In this document: positions 9,695-19,529 of the stretch, piece after piece
Position numbering within the stretch: position 1 is the stretch's first letter
Layout: the number at the start of each line of letters is the position of its first letter
Assembly (NCBI GenBank): GCA_963714285.1
Contig: CAVQNS010000002.1
Coordinates: forward strand, 5,480 to 69,479
Reading direction: 5' to 3'
Origin: an uncultured Solirubrobacteraceae bacterium
Lineage (GTDB): Bacteria > Actinomycetota > Thermoleophilia > Solirubrobacterales > Solirubrobacteraceae
DNA: 64,000 nt
Position numbers and translations under genes: made by a program
Notes under the pieces: model-generated
Database searches by the model: none
The model's input: the letters and a program-made list of their open reading frames with translations, nothing else
Told to the model about the DNA's origin: nothing

Positions 9695-10627
9695 ATGACT
9701 GATGCAGCGCTCGAGACGGTGCACCTGCACGACGAGGCCTCGGCGCTCGAGGCCGCTTTCGTTCCCGGCGCGGGGCTTCTGTGCTGCTCGCTGCGCCATC
9801 GCGGCGAGGAGCTGCTCGCCCAGAACGCCGGAGTGGCCACCTACGCACAACAGGGCAAGACGATGGGCATCCCGCTGCTCTACCCCTGGGCCAACCGGCT
9901 CGCGGGCTTCGACTACAGCGCCGCTGGTCGCAGCGTGCGCGTTCCGCGCGATCAGAGCCGTGTGCGCTTGGACACGGGCGGCCTGCCGATCCATGGCGTG
10001 ATCGGCGGGCGTCTGGCGTGGGAGCTGACCTGCGCGCCCGATCGCGACGCGAGCACCCTCGCCGCCCGCCTCAGCTGGAGCGAAGCGCAGCCGGAGCTGT
10101 TCGAGGTCTTTCCGTTTCGCCACGAGCTCGGCTACGCGGCGCGCCTGCGCGACGGGCGCCTGGAGATCGCGGTGAGCGTGCACGCGTGCGGCAGCGACGC
10201 GGTGCCGCTAGCGTTCGGCTTTCACCCATACCTGTCGCCGCCGGGCGCCGTGCGCGAGCGCTGGCTGATTGAGCTGCCGGCGATGCGCGCGCTCGAGCTC
10301 GACGCCGCGCAGATCCCGATCGGTCCTGGGCGGGAGCTGGCGGCTCGGCACTTTGAGCTAGAGGCGCTGCAGTTCGACGACGGCTTCGATTCCGTCGCCG
10401 AGCCCGCTCGCTTCAGCGTCGTCGCGGCTGGGCGTCGGATCGAACTGACGTTCCTCGAGGGCTACCCCTGCGCGCAGGTGTTCACGTCCGCCGGCGAGCA
10501 GTTCATCTGTTTCGAGCCGATGACCGCGCCGGCCAACGCGCTGCGCAGCGGCGAAGGGCTGCGGATGGTGCAGCCGGGAGAGCGGTTCGTCGCGAGCTTC
10601 GCGCTCGCCGTCAGCGACCTACGCTGA
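9695..10627 (+). CDS. Aldose 1-epimerase family protein
   Basis: Motifs PWANR, IHG, GFHPY, FDDGF and CFEPMT. Confidence 0.88.
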   Translation: MTDAALETVHLHDEASALEAAFVPGAGLLCCSLRHRGEELLAQNAGVATYAQQGKTMGIPLLYPWANRLAGFDYSAAGRSVRVPRDQSRVRLDTGGLPIHGVIGGRLAWELTCAPDRDASTLAARLSWSEAQPELFEVFPFRHELGYAARLRDGRLEIAVSVHACGSDAVPLAFGFHPYLSPPGAVRERWLIELPAMRALELDAAQIPIGPGRELAARHFELEALQFDDGFDSVAEPARFSVVAAGRRIELTFLEGYPCAQVFTSAGEQFICFEPMTAPANALRSGEGLRMVQPGERFVASFALAVSDLR

Positions 10628-10636
10628 GCGCGCGCG

Positions 10637-12022
10637 TCACGGCACCCACGGGCCGTGCCACTCGCCGAATCCCGCGACCAGCTTGTCCGCCTCCGGCGGC
10701 CCCCAGGAGCCACGCGTGTATGAGTGCACGGACGGTGGCTTGCGCAGCAGCGGTTCGAAGATCCGCCAAGTCTCTTCGACGCCGTCCTGGCGCGTGAAGC
10801 GCGATCTGTCGCCGCTCATCGCGTCGAGCAGCAGCACCTCGTACGGAGTCGGCGCCTCGCCGCCCTGGTCGGCGAACTCGAGGTCGAGATGGACCGCCTC
10901 AGGACCCGCGGCGTCCGCGCGGTGGGCGTCGAGCGTCACACGCGTGCCCGTCGCGGGGTCGAGCTTGACCACGAACTGGTTCGGTTCCGCTCGACGATGC
11001 CCACCTTCCATGAAGCCCAGGCGGGGCGGCTCGCGGAACACCGCTCGCAGCTCGGTCTGGGTGAGCGGCAGCTTCTTGCCGGTGCGGATGAACCACGGCA
11101 CCCCCGACCAGCGCCAGTTGTCGATCTCCAGGCGCAGTGCGGCGTAGGTCTCGGTGCTCGAGTCCTTGGCGACGCCGTCGATCTCGCGATAGCCGTCGTA
11201 CTGGCCCCGGACGTAGTGCGCGGGGTTCGCATCGGCGATCGAGCGGAACACCGCGAACTTTGCGTCCTGGAGCGTTTCCGCGTCCGGACCGGCAGGCGCC
11301 TCCATCGCGGCCAGCGCGACGAGCTGCATCAGGTGGTTGACGACCACGTCGCGCAGCGCGCCGACGGGGTCATAGAAGTGCCCGCGATCCTCCACGCCGA
11401 ACCTCTCCGCCATCGTGATCTGCACGTATGCGATGTGGTTGCGATTCCAGATCGGCTCGATCATCGTGTTCGCGAAGCGCAGGTACAGGAGCTCGTCGGT
11501 CCCCATCTTGCCGAGGAAGTGGTCGATCCGATACAGCTGGGGCTCCTCGATGTACTCGTGGATTTCGGTGGCCAGGGCGCGGGCGGAGGCGAGATCGTGC
11601 CCAAACGGCTTCTCCACTACCACGCGCGCGCTCTCGGTCAGCCCGGCGCCGGCCAGCTGCTTGATCACCGGCCCGAACAGGAACGGCGGGATCTCCAGGT
11701 AGAACACGGGGGAGCTTGCGTCACCGATAGCGGCTTTCACGCGCTCGTAGGTGGCGGCGTCGTTGAAGTCGCCGCTGACGTAGGAGAGCCGCGCGGCGAA
11801 GCGCTCGAACACCGCTGGATCGAGCGTCTCGCCGGTCCCTTCGATGCATTCGCGCGCGTGCTCGCGCAGCTTCTCGACGCTCCAGTCGTCGACCGCCACG
11901 CCGACGACCGGACGCTCCAGCAGCTCGCGCCGCTCGAGCCGGTACAGCGAGCGGAAGGTCATCACCTTCGCGAGGTCGCCGGTGATCCCGAAGATGACTA
12001 GGACGTCGGCGTCAGCAGGCAC
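10637..12022 (-). CDS. zwf: Glucose-6-phosphate 1-dehydrogenase
   Basis: Motifs GITGDLA, EKPFG, RIDHFLGK and RTGK. Start position approximate. Confidence 0.92.
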   Translation of the reverse strand: MPADADVLVIFGITGDLAKVMTFRSLYRLERRELLERPVVGVAVDDWSVEKLREHARECIEGTGETLDPAVFERFAARLSYVSGDFNDAATYERVKAAIGDASSPVFYLEIPPFLFGPVIKQLAGAGLTESARVVVEKPFGHDLASARALATEIHEYIEEPQLYRIDHFLGKMGTDELLYLRFANTMIEPIWNRNHIAYVQITMAERFGVEDRGHFYDPVGALRDVVVNHLMQLVALAAMEAPAGPDAETLQDAKFAVFRSIADANPAHYVRGQYDGYREIDGVAKDSSTETYAALRLEIDNWRWSGVPWFIRTGKKLPLTQTELRAVFREPPRLGFMEGGHRRAEPNQFVVKLDPATGTRVTLDAHRADAAGPEAVHLDLEFADQGGEAPTPYEVLLLDAMSGDRSRFTRQDGVEETWRIFEPLLRKPPSVHSYTRGSWGPPEADKLVAGFGEWHGPWVP

Positions 12023-12047
12023 GAGCGCTGATGATTCCAGATAGGTT

Positions 12048-12972
12048 GTGCCGATGCCCGACGAGCGTGTCGCGCAGGCAGCTGCCGCGGTGGGGGAGGA
12101 TCCGCTTCCTGGAGCGACGGTTCGACGCACACGCCACCTGCTGGCGCTCGAGTTCGGAAGCAAGGCGCAGTTCGACGATCCGAGCCTGGAGTGGCGCAGG
12201 CTGTTCTCCGAGCTGCTCGGCACCTTCATGCTCGTGCTCGTCGCCGCCGGCGGTGGGATCCTCCACGGCAAGGGCCAGATCAGCCTCGCCGCCGCGGTCG
12301 TCGCGCCGGGGCTGATGGTGATGGCGATCATCCTGTTCATGGGCGCGGTCTCCGGCGCGCACCTGAACCCTGCGGTGTCGCTTGCGTTTGCGCTGCGGCG
12401 GGACTTCCCGTGGAAGCGCGTCCCCGGCTACGTACTCATCCAGCTCGCCGGAGCCACGCTTGCCTGCCTGTTCCTCGACGCGGTGTTCGGCAACATCCAG
12501 CATCTCGGCGCGACCCTGCCGGGCGCGGGCTACGCCGATTGGCAGGCGCTGCTGATGGAGATCGCGCTGACAGCGACGCTCGTGAGCGTGATCCTGGGGA
12601 CGGCCTCCAGCGCTCAGAACGTCGGCCGCGTCGCTGCACTGGGCGTCGGCGGCTACATCGCGCTCGCCGGCCTGTGGTCGGCGCCCGTCAGCGGCACCTC
12701 GATGAACCCCGCGCGCTCGTTCGGCCCGGCGCTCGTGAGCGGCGACTTCAGCGGCTTCTGGGTCTACGTGCTCGGCCCGATCGCGGGTGGGCTGATCGCG
12801 GTCGGCTGCGCCTATGTACTGCGGGGAGGCGGCGGCGATCCAATGGCCTACGCGGCGGGCTCGGGCAGCCTCGATCCCGGCGAGCTTCAGCGGATCGCGA
12901 GCGAGTTGCACAGGCTCTTCGAGCGGCCGCGGCTCCGAGGCGCCTGCGAAACAGCCGCCGTCCGGCGGCTAG
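12048..12972 (+). CDS. Aquaporin / MIP channel
   Basis: Two NPA boxes (HLNPAVS, SMNPARS). The 3' end is uncertain: as assembled the frame runs to 13217 inside pyk, which is probably an indel or a lost stop. Confidence 0.85.
12953..12970. terminator. GC hairpin between convergent MIP and pyk
   Basis: AGCCGCC-gtcc-GGCGGCT; no clear U-tract. Confidence 0.35.
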
Positions 12973-12998
12973 CTGTAAGACCCGAGGACGTTGTTCAG

Positions 12999-14408
12999 CT
13001 AGAGCACCTGGATCTGGAACAGGCTCGTGGTGCCGGGGCGTCCAGATGGCAGCCCGGCGGTGATCCCGACGCGCTGGCCGCGCTCGCACCAGCCGAGCTC
13101 CACCACGCGCCGCGCGGAGTCGGCGATCAGCTCCTCGGTCGTCTCGTGTCGCGGCATCGAGGCGGCCTGCACCCCCCACATCAGCCCGCAGCGCCTGACC
13201 GTCTCTTTGCCTGGTGACAGAGCATAGATCGGCACCGTCGGGCGGTGCGCGGAGACAAGTCGCGCAGAACGCCCGGACAGCGTCGGGATCACCAGCGCGT
13301 CCAAGCGCAGCTCGCGCGCGGCGTCGCAGAGGTTGTGCGCGATCGTGTAGGCAGGGTCGGAATGCGTACGGCGCACGCGCGACTGGTTCCAGCGCTCATA
13401 CGGGGCGATCGACTCGGCCTGCACGGCGACGGCGGCCATCATCGCCACCGCCTCCACCGGGTAGGCGCCGACAGCCGTCTCCTGCGAGAGCATCACCGCG
13501 TCGGTGCCGTCCAGGATCGCGTTGGCGACGTCGGCGACCTCAGCGCGGGTGGGGCGCGAGGAGCTGACCATCGAGTCGAGCATCTGCGTCGCGGTGATCG
13601 ACGGCCGCGCCATCCAGCCGGCCAGCTCGAGCAGCTGCTTCTGCACGATCGGCACCTGCTCGATCGGCAGCTCGATGCCGAGATCGCCACGCGCGACCAT
13701 CACGTAGTCGGCGGCATGCAGGATCTCCGCGGCACGCTTGACCGCCTCCGGCTTCTCCATCTTCGCGATCAGCGGCAGGCGCGTGTGGTCGCGCACCGAT
13801 TCCACGTCCTCAGGCGACTGCACGAACGACAGCGCGACCATGTCCACGCCGATCGACTCGCCGTGCGCCAGCAGGTGCAGATCCTCCTCTGGCACCGCCG
13901 GCAGCGACGACACCGGGCCGGGGATGTTGAGCCCCTGGCGCGAGGCGACGGCGCCACCGACCTCGATCTCGACATCGAGCTCGCCGTCGCCGACGCGGAC
14001 CTCGGCCACGCGTAGTCGTACGGAGCCGTCCGCCAGGTAGAGCACGGACCCTGGCTCGACCGCGTCTGGCAGCCCAGCCCAGGAGATGCTCATCGAGCGG
14101 GCGTCGCCTCCGCGCTCATCCTCGCCGCAGAAGAACGTCAGACGCTCGCCGGGGGTGAGCTCGACGACGCCCTCGCGTAGCGGGCCGATGCGCAGCTTGG
14201 GGCCGGGCAGGTCCTGCAGGATCGCCACCGGTCGTCCGGCGCGCCCGGCTGCCTCGCGCACGCGCCTGACGGTCTCGGCGTGCTCGTCGAGCGTCCCGTG
14301 CGAGTAGTTCAGCCGCGCGACGTCCATCCCCGCCTCGACCAGGCGGACCAGCGTCTCCGGCTCGCGTGAGGCGGGGCCGATCGTGGCGACGATCTTGGTG
14401 CGGCGCAT
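12999..14408 (-). CDS. pyk: Pyruvate kinase
   Basis: Motifs TKIVATIGP, DLPGPKLR, MVARGDLG, ATQML and DAVMLS. Confidence 0.96.
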   Translation of the reverse strand: MRRTKIVATIGPASREPETLVRLVEAGMDVARLNYSHGTLDEHAETVRRVREAAGRAGRPVAILQDLPGPKLRIGPLREGVVELTPGERLTFFCGEDERGGDARSMSISWAGLPDAVEPGSVLYLADGSVRLRVAEVRVGDGELDVEIEVGGAVASRQGLNIPGPVSSLPAVPEEDLHLLAHGESIGVDMVALSFVQSPEDVESVRDHTRLPLIAKMEKPEAVKRAAEILHAADYVMVARGDLGIELPIEQVPIVQKQLLELAGWMARPSITATQMLDSMVSSSRPTRAEVADVANAILDGTDAVMLSQETAVGAYPVEAVAMMAAVAVQAESIAPYERWNQSRVRRTHSDPAYTIAHNLCDAARELRLDALVIPTLSGRSARLVSAHRPTVPIYALSPGKETVRRCGLMWGVQAASMPRHETTEELIADSARRVVELGWCERGQRVGITAGLPSGRPGTTSLFQIQVL

Positions 14409-14493
14409 CGTCGGACGGTATCGACGCCGGGGGCGGCGTGCGTAATCACGGCGTGGTGTGGCCGCTGGCTGGTCGGCGGCGTAGCATCGAGGA

Positions 14494-14727
14494 ATGCTCG
14501 GGCCTTCGCGACAGGTGCCTCGGGTTGGCGCTCACGCCCGAATCCTGTACTTCGGCGGGGGGTTCGAGCTGGGGGTTGTGGTGGCGGTCCACGACGAGGG
14601 CCGGCGCCTGGAGGTGTGTGGCGAGGGGGGAGAGGTATTGGAGTTCGTGCTCAGCCTGGCCACCGCGCGGTTTGTGGCGGGAGGTGGGCAGGGGCCGCGG
14701 TTGGAGCTGGTCGGGGGCGAGGGCTGA
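14494..14727 (+). CDS. Small hypothetical protein
   Basis: 77-aa beta-strand-like ORF; TAGCAT 6 nt before the ATG. Confidence 0.5.
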   Translation: MLGPSRQVPRVGAHARILYFGGGFELGVVVAVHDEGRRLEVCGEGGEVLEFVLSLATARFVAGGGQGPRLELVGGEG

Positions 14728-14750
14728 TGGTTGGGTGGTCGCGGTGGCGC

Positions 14751-15065
14751 TCAGAGGTCGAGCAAGAAACGCAGTGCGGGAGTGGCTTGGAACATGCTTT
14801 CGCCACCGACGACGCCGAGGCGGGCGATGAGGCGCTGTTCGGAGACGGACTTGACGTCCTCGTACTTTGCGTAGCTCACCTCGTCGAGCCCTGAGCTTCC
14901 TCGGTCGACCTCTATGTGAGATGGCAGGCCACGATAGGTCCTCGTAATCGGGATCACGACGATGGTGCCAGCCGGGCCTTCATTCAGCGAATCGGACGAG
15001 ACGACCACGGCGGGGCGGCTGCCCGACTGCTCCCTGCCGACAGGGTCGCCGAAGTCGACCAGCCG
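14751..15065 (-). pseudogene. PemK/MazF toxin, 5'-truncated, no antitoxin
   Basis: RLVDFGDPVGREQSGSRPAVVVS...VVIPIT matches the MazF signature. No start codon precedes the motif, which begins right after the upstream gene's stop. Confidence 0.75.
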
Positions 15066-15067
15066 AG

Positions 15068-15442
15068 CTACGGCGCCTGCACATCCGGGAAATGCTCCGC
15101 GCAGTGCTCGCGCAGCGCCTCGCGCACCCAGGCACGCTCGTCGGGTGAGGCGACGCGAAAGCGCGCCAGCAGCTCACGCTGTCGCTCGAGCGGCGCGCCC
15201 GCGATCACCCAGCGAACGGCCAAGCGCTCGAACAGCAGCTCGCCGGCGCGCTGCCACGCGTCCTCCCGGGTGCCGGCCGGTCTCTCCGGCGATCCGGCGA
15301 GTGCCCGCGCATAGTCGCGTCGAGCCCCGACGGTGAGCGAGCCGCGCAGCGTGAGGACGTTGCCGTGAGTATCCGTGTAGTCGCTGTTCGGGGCGGCGAG
15401 CTTCTCGGCGCGCTGCTCCTGGCGACGTCCGCGCCTGCCCAC
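15068..15442 (-). CDS. Hypothetical protein
   Basis: 124-aa ORF with host-like codon usage, starting just after the stop of the SnoaL-MBL gene. Confidence 0.7.
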   Translation of the reverse strand: MGRRGRRQEQRAEKLAAPNSDYTDTHGNVLTLRGSLTVGARRDYARALAGSPERPAGTREDAWQRAGELLFERLAVRWVIAGAPLERQRELLARFRVASPDERAWVREALREHCAEHFPDVQAP

Positions 15443-15444
15443 GC

Positions 15445-16728
15445 TCAGACCGCGTCGGCGGCCTGTTCGAGCTGGCGGCGAACGTCCCCGGTCACCGGCT
15501 TTGCGTGTCCCGGCCACGCCGCCGCGGGCTCCAGTGCGGCGAGCTTGCGGAGGCTCGCGCGCGCCTGCTCGGTGTCGAGGTTGTAGATCGCCATCGGCAG
15601 TGCAGGAGCGCAGTCGCGCCCCCAGCGGTTGAGCGTGTAGAAGCAGTCGCTGCTGAGCGCAAGGCGGTCGGACTCGCGCCACAGCGCGATCATCCCCGGG
15701 GCATGCCCGGGAATCTCCACAACCCGGAAGCCCGCCACCTCATCGCCCTCGCTGACGGTGTCGGCGATCTTCACCGGGCCGCCGTCCCACGCGAAGCGGT
15801 GCAGCAGCAAGTGCAGCTGACGCAGCCCCACCGGCAACCCTGCGAGCCCCTGCGGCCAGTAGCGAAAGCCGCCGCTGCCTTCGGCGTCCTGGACCTCGTC
15901 GGCGTGGCACAGCACGGGCACGCCCAGCGCTGGTGCCACGCCGCGGTGGCCGGTGTGCCCGTGGCCGAGCACCACGCGGCGGATGCCGCCGAGCTTGGCG
16001 CCGGCGCTTGCGACCGCACGCGTCATCGTGCGCGCCCCAGCGTCAAAAAGCGTCACGCCGCCGTCATCCTCCAGCAGGTAGACGTTGCAGCGCGCCGGCT
16101 GGCCCTGAACGACCCAAACACCTTCGGCCACCAGCTCAGCCTCACCCGGGCCTAGGCGCGAGCTGAGACGCGTCTTGCCGTTGAACGCCTGCGTCAGCCT
16201 TGCCTCTGCGCCCGATGCCTTCGGCGGCAGCATTCCGATCTGGCGCGCGAACGTCATCGAGTCCGTGAACGCGTCGTTGCTCTGGATCAGGCCGTCGCGC
16301 ACGGTCAGCAGATCGAAGCCTTCGAGCACGACCGGACGCCCCGTGGGCGCAATCCCGCCAAAGCTGCCGGGACCGGCGAACGTTCCCGTCAGACGCCACT
16401 GCACGCCGCAGCGATCGCCCTCGCTGATGGTGGAGAGCACCTGCATGCTCAGGTCTGGAAGCGCTCCGATCAGCTCGCCGATGAACTCGCGCACGCCGTC
16501 CGGCGCGAGCACGTCGACCTGGCCGCGCACGTTCTCGCGACCGCCCGGCGCCCACAGCGAGACCGCCTGCTCGAGCTCACGCGCGTCGATCGCCGCGAAA
16601 TAGCGCCGTCCGATCGCCTCGGCCTTGCTACCCGAGATGCGTTTGCGCGTGGCCGCCGCCTGCTGCATGTTCGCGGCGACCTCCTGCACCCTGGTGCTCG
16701 CCTCGCTGGGGGTCTCCCGATCGGCCAT
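15445..16728 (-). CDS. SnoaL/ester-cyclase domain fused to MBL-fold hydrolase
   Basis: N-terminal SnoaL-like region (GIAPTGRPVVLEG); C-terminal HGHTGH, PGHAPG, SDC and WPGH; GGAGG RBS. Confidence 0.85.
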   Translation of the reverse strand: MADRETPSEASTRVQEVAANMQQAAATRKRISGSKAEAIGRRYFAAIDARELEQAVSLWAPGGRENVRGQVDVLAPDGVREFIGELIGALPDLSMQVLSTISEGDRCGVQWRLTGTFAGPGSFGGIAPTGRPVVLEGFDLLTVRDGLIQSNDAFTDSMTFARQIGMLPPKASGAEARLTQAFNGKTRLSSRLGPGEAELVAEGVWVVQGQPARCNVYLLEDDGGVTLFDAGARTMTRAVASAGAKLGGIRRVVLGHGHTGHRGVAPALGVPVLCHADEVQDAEGSGGFRYWPQGLAGLPVGLRQLHLLLHRFAWDGGPVKIADTVSEGDEVAGFRVVEIPGHAPGMIALWRESDRLALSSDCFYTLNRWGRDCAPALPMAIYNLDTEQARASLRKLAALEPAAAWPGHAKPVTGDVRRQLEQAADAV

Positions 16729-16775
16729 GCCGCCTCCTTTACGCCGCTGAACGGCCGTAGTCTAGTCTCCGCCGC

Positions 16776-17768
16776 ATGTCCGACGTGCTGAGCAGGCGCG
16801 AGCTCGGTCGCGGCGAGCGGGTGCTTCCCGGTCTCTATCGGCTGCGCCTGCCGCTGCCCTGGCCCGGCGTGCCTCACTGCAACGCTTGGGCGATCGCCTC
16901 GGGCGATGGCTTCGTGCTGTTCGACACCGGCATGCACGACGAGCACTCGATCGCACACCTGGAGCGCGCGCTCGGGATGTGCAACCTGCGCCTCGAGCAG
17001 GCGCGGCTGGTGGTGTGCACACATGCGCACACCGATCATTGCGGGCAGGCCGCCACGATCGTCGAACGTGCCGGCTGCGAGCTGTCGATGCACCCGAACC
17101 ACAAGAACCTCAGCCGCATGATCGAGGATCCAGAGGCCGTGTTCGCGCGGCGTCTGGAGATCGCCCGTCAGAGCGGCGTCCCCGCGGAGCCGCTGCGCCG
17201 CTACGCCGCCGAGCGCAGCGGGCGCGGGTCGGGGATCGCGGGCCCGATCGAACCGGACCGCGACCTCCTCGCCGGTGTGAGCGTCGGCACCGACCTCGGT
17301 GAGTGGATCGTCTACGAGACGCCCGGGCACGCGCCGTCGCACGTCTGCCTGTTCCAGCCCGAGCGCCGCCTGCTGATCTCCGGCGATCACCTGCTCGGAC
17401 GCATCTCGCTGTATTTCGACTACGGCTACTCACCCGATCCAGTCGGCGAATTCCTGAGCTCGCTCGGCGCCGTCGAACGACTCGGCGCGCGCCTGTGCCT
17501 ACCCGGACATGGGCGCACGTTCGCCGACGTGTACGCGCACATCCAGGGCAACCGGGCGCTCGTCGGCGAACGCCTGACGCGCGTGCGCGCGGCGCTTGCC
17601 GGCCGCGAGCTGACGGCCTTCGAGATCGTTCCCCACGTATACGGCGACTCGCTCTCGCAGCAGAACGCGCACTGGCTGCTGTCGAAGATCCTCTGCTACC
17701 TCACCCATCTGCAGGCACTCGGCGAGGTCCGACACATCGCTGGCGAGCCCGAGCGCTGGACTGCATAA
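16776..17768 (+). CDS. MBL-fold metallo-hydrolase
   Basis: Motifs THAHTDH, TPGHAPSH, SGDH and LPGHG. Confidence 0.9.
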   Translation: MSDVLSRRELGRGERVLPGLYRLRLPLPWPGVPHCNAWAIASGDGFVLFDTGMHDEHSIAHLERALGMCNLRLEQARLVVCTHAHTDHCGQAATIVERAGCELSMHPNHKNLSRMIEDPEAVFARRLEIARQSGVPAEPLRRYAAERSGRGSGIAGPIEPDRDLLAGVSVGTDLGEWIVYETPGHAPSHVCLFQPERRLLISGDHLLGRISLYFDYGYSPDPVGEFLSSLGAVERLGARLCLPGHGRTFADVYAHIQGNRALVGERLTRVRAALAGRELTAFEIVPHVYGDSLSQQNAHWLLSKILCYLTHLQALGEVRHIAGEPERWTA

Positions 17769-17775
17769 TCAGAGG

Positions 17776-18723
17776 ATGCGCATCGACCAGATCTTCGCAG
17801 CCGGCGCCGGGCCGGTGTTCTCCTTCGAGTTCTTTCCGCCCAAAACCGACGCCGGCGAGCACAATCTGTATGCGGCGCTCTCGGAGCTGCGCGAGCTCGA
17901 CCCGGCGTTCGTGTCGGTCACCTACGGAGCCGGCGGCTCGACGCGCGAGAAGACGATCGAGATCGTCAAGCGGATTCGCGAGGAGTACGGCCTGGAGGCG
18001 ATGGCGCACTTCACATGCGTCGGCGCGACCGTCCCCGAGCTGCAAGCCACGCTCGCGGCGATGCAGGACGCCGGCATCGACAACGTGCTCGCGCTGCGCG
18101 GAGACCCGCCGGCGGGGCAGGAGGGGTGGACGAAGACGGAGGGGGGACTCGAGTACTCGCGCGAGCTCGTCGGGCTGATCTCCGACGGCTACCCATTCGC
18201 GATCGGTGCTGCCTGCTTCCCGGAGACCCACATCCATGCGTCCAGCCCCGAGGACGACCTCGAGCACCTGGCCGAGAAGGTTCGCGCGGGCGTGGACTTC
18301 CTGATCACCCAGCTGTTCTTCGACAACGCCGTGTACTTCGACTTCATCGAGCGGGCGCGCGGCGCCGGCATCGAAGTGCCGATCATTCCCGGCGTGATGC
18401 CGATCACGCGGGTCGGCCAGGTCGAGCGCATGGCGAGCATCTGCGGCGCGTCGATCCCTGGGCCGCTTCGCCGCGAGCTGCACGCGCGCGGCGAGGATCC
18501 CGAGGCGGTGCTTGACTTCGGTGTCGCCTACGCGACGCTGCAATGTGCCGAGCTGCTCGCCGCGGGCGCGCCGGGGATCCACTTCTACACGCTCAACCGC
18601 TCGCCCGCAACGCGGGCGATCCTCAGCGCTCTAAAGCTCGCAAAGCCGTGGGAGAAGGCCGTCTACCCCGGCTCGATCCCGAGCCCCCCGGCCACCCGCA
18701 GTCAGCCGTCGGCCGCCTCGTAG
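17776..18723 (+). CDS. metF: 5,10-methylenetetrahydrofolate reductase
   Basis: Motifs SFEFFPPK, SVTYGAGG, LALRGDPP, ITQLFFD and HFYTLNR. Confidence 0.96.
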   Translation: MRIDQIFAAGAGPVFSFEFFPPKTDAGEHNLYAALSELRELDPAFVSVTYGAGGSTREKTIEIVKRIREEYGLEAMAHFTCVGATVPELQATLAAMQDAGIDNVLALRGDPPAGQEGWTKTEGGLEYSRELVGLISDGYPFAIGAACFPETHIHASSPEDDLEHLAEKVRAGVDFLITQLFFDNAVYFDFIERARGAGIEVPIIPGVMPITRVGQVERMASICGASIPGPLRRELHARGEDPEAVLDFGVAYATLQCAELLAAGAPGIHFYTLNRSPATRAILSALKLAKPWEKAVYPGSIPSPPATRSQPSAAS

Positions 18724-18822
18724 CGCGCCGTTCAGCTCGGGAGCGTCTGCGGCGTCGTCTGGCGGCCATCGCCTTGGCGTGCCAGCCTATGCGCCCGGCC
18801 GGGCGCGTACCCTCAGCAGCGG

Positions 18823-19491
18823 ATGGTCGAACCGAGCACCCACGAGATCCCTTACACCGTCCGGCGCTCCTCGCGCGCCCGGCGCGTGCGCGTCAACGTG
18901 CACGCTCATACCGGCGTCGAGGTGGTGCTGCCGGCTCGGGCGCCCGAGCGCGCAGCCGCGGCGGCCGTGAGCGAGCTGCGCCCGTGGATCGAGCGCCGTC
19001 TGGATGAGGCCCAGCAGGTGCTAGCCCGGATCGCGGCGCGAGCGGGAACCGTCCCGTATCTGGATGCGACCCTCGAGTTGGTGGCGCAGCCCGGCCGCCA
19101 GCGCGTGCATCGAGACGGCATGCGGCTGCTGGTGCCGGAGGGGGAGCATCGCCCGGCGCTCGAGCGTTTCTACCGGCGTGCGGCGCGCGTGGAGATCGCG
19201 CCGCGGCTGGATCGCGCGACCGCGCTCGCCGGAACCCCCTACAGCGGTCTGGACATCCGCGCTCAGCGCACCCGCTGGGCATCATGTTCGGCGAGCGGCC
19301 ACATGAGCTTCAACTGGCGCCTGCTGATGGCGCCCGAGCGGGTGCTCGAATACGTCGTCTGGCACGAGGTCTGCCACCTGCAGATGCTCGACCACTCGCC
19401 GCGCTTCTGGGCGCTGCTCGAGCGGCGCTGGCCTGGCTACCGCGAGGATCGCGAGTGGCTCAGCCGACATGGCGCGACGCTTGTGCTGTAA
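18823..19491 (+). CDS. YgjP/DUF45 zinc metallopeptidase-like protein
   Basis: Motifs RWASCS, FNWRL, YVVWHEVCH and HSPRFW. Confidence 0.88.
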   Translation: MVEPSTHEIPYTVRRSSRARRVRVNVHAHTGVEVVLPARAPERAAAAAVSELRPWIERRLDEAQQVLARIAARAGTVPYLDATLELVAQPGRQRVHRDGMRLLVPEGEHRPALERFYRRAARVEIAPRLDRATALAGTPYSGLDIRAQRTRWASCSASGHMSFNWRLLMAPERVLEYVVWHEVCHLQMLDHSPRFWALLERRWPGYREDREWLSRHGATLVL

Positions 19492-19529
19492 GCCGGAGCT
19501 ATGAGGCCCAGCACCTTGTTGCGCGGCGC

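Noticed and set aside
12972-13217. Aquaporin C-terminus overlapping pyk by about 220 nt
   Set aside because: The tail is the pyk antisense frame, and a hairpin plus out-of-frame stops near 12970 suggest the true end is earlier.
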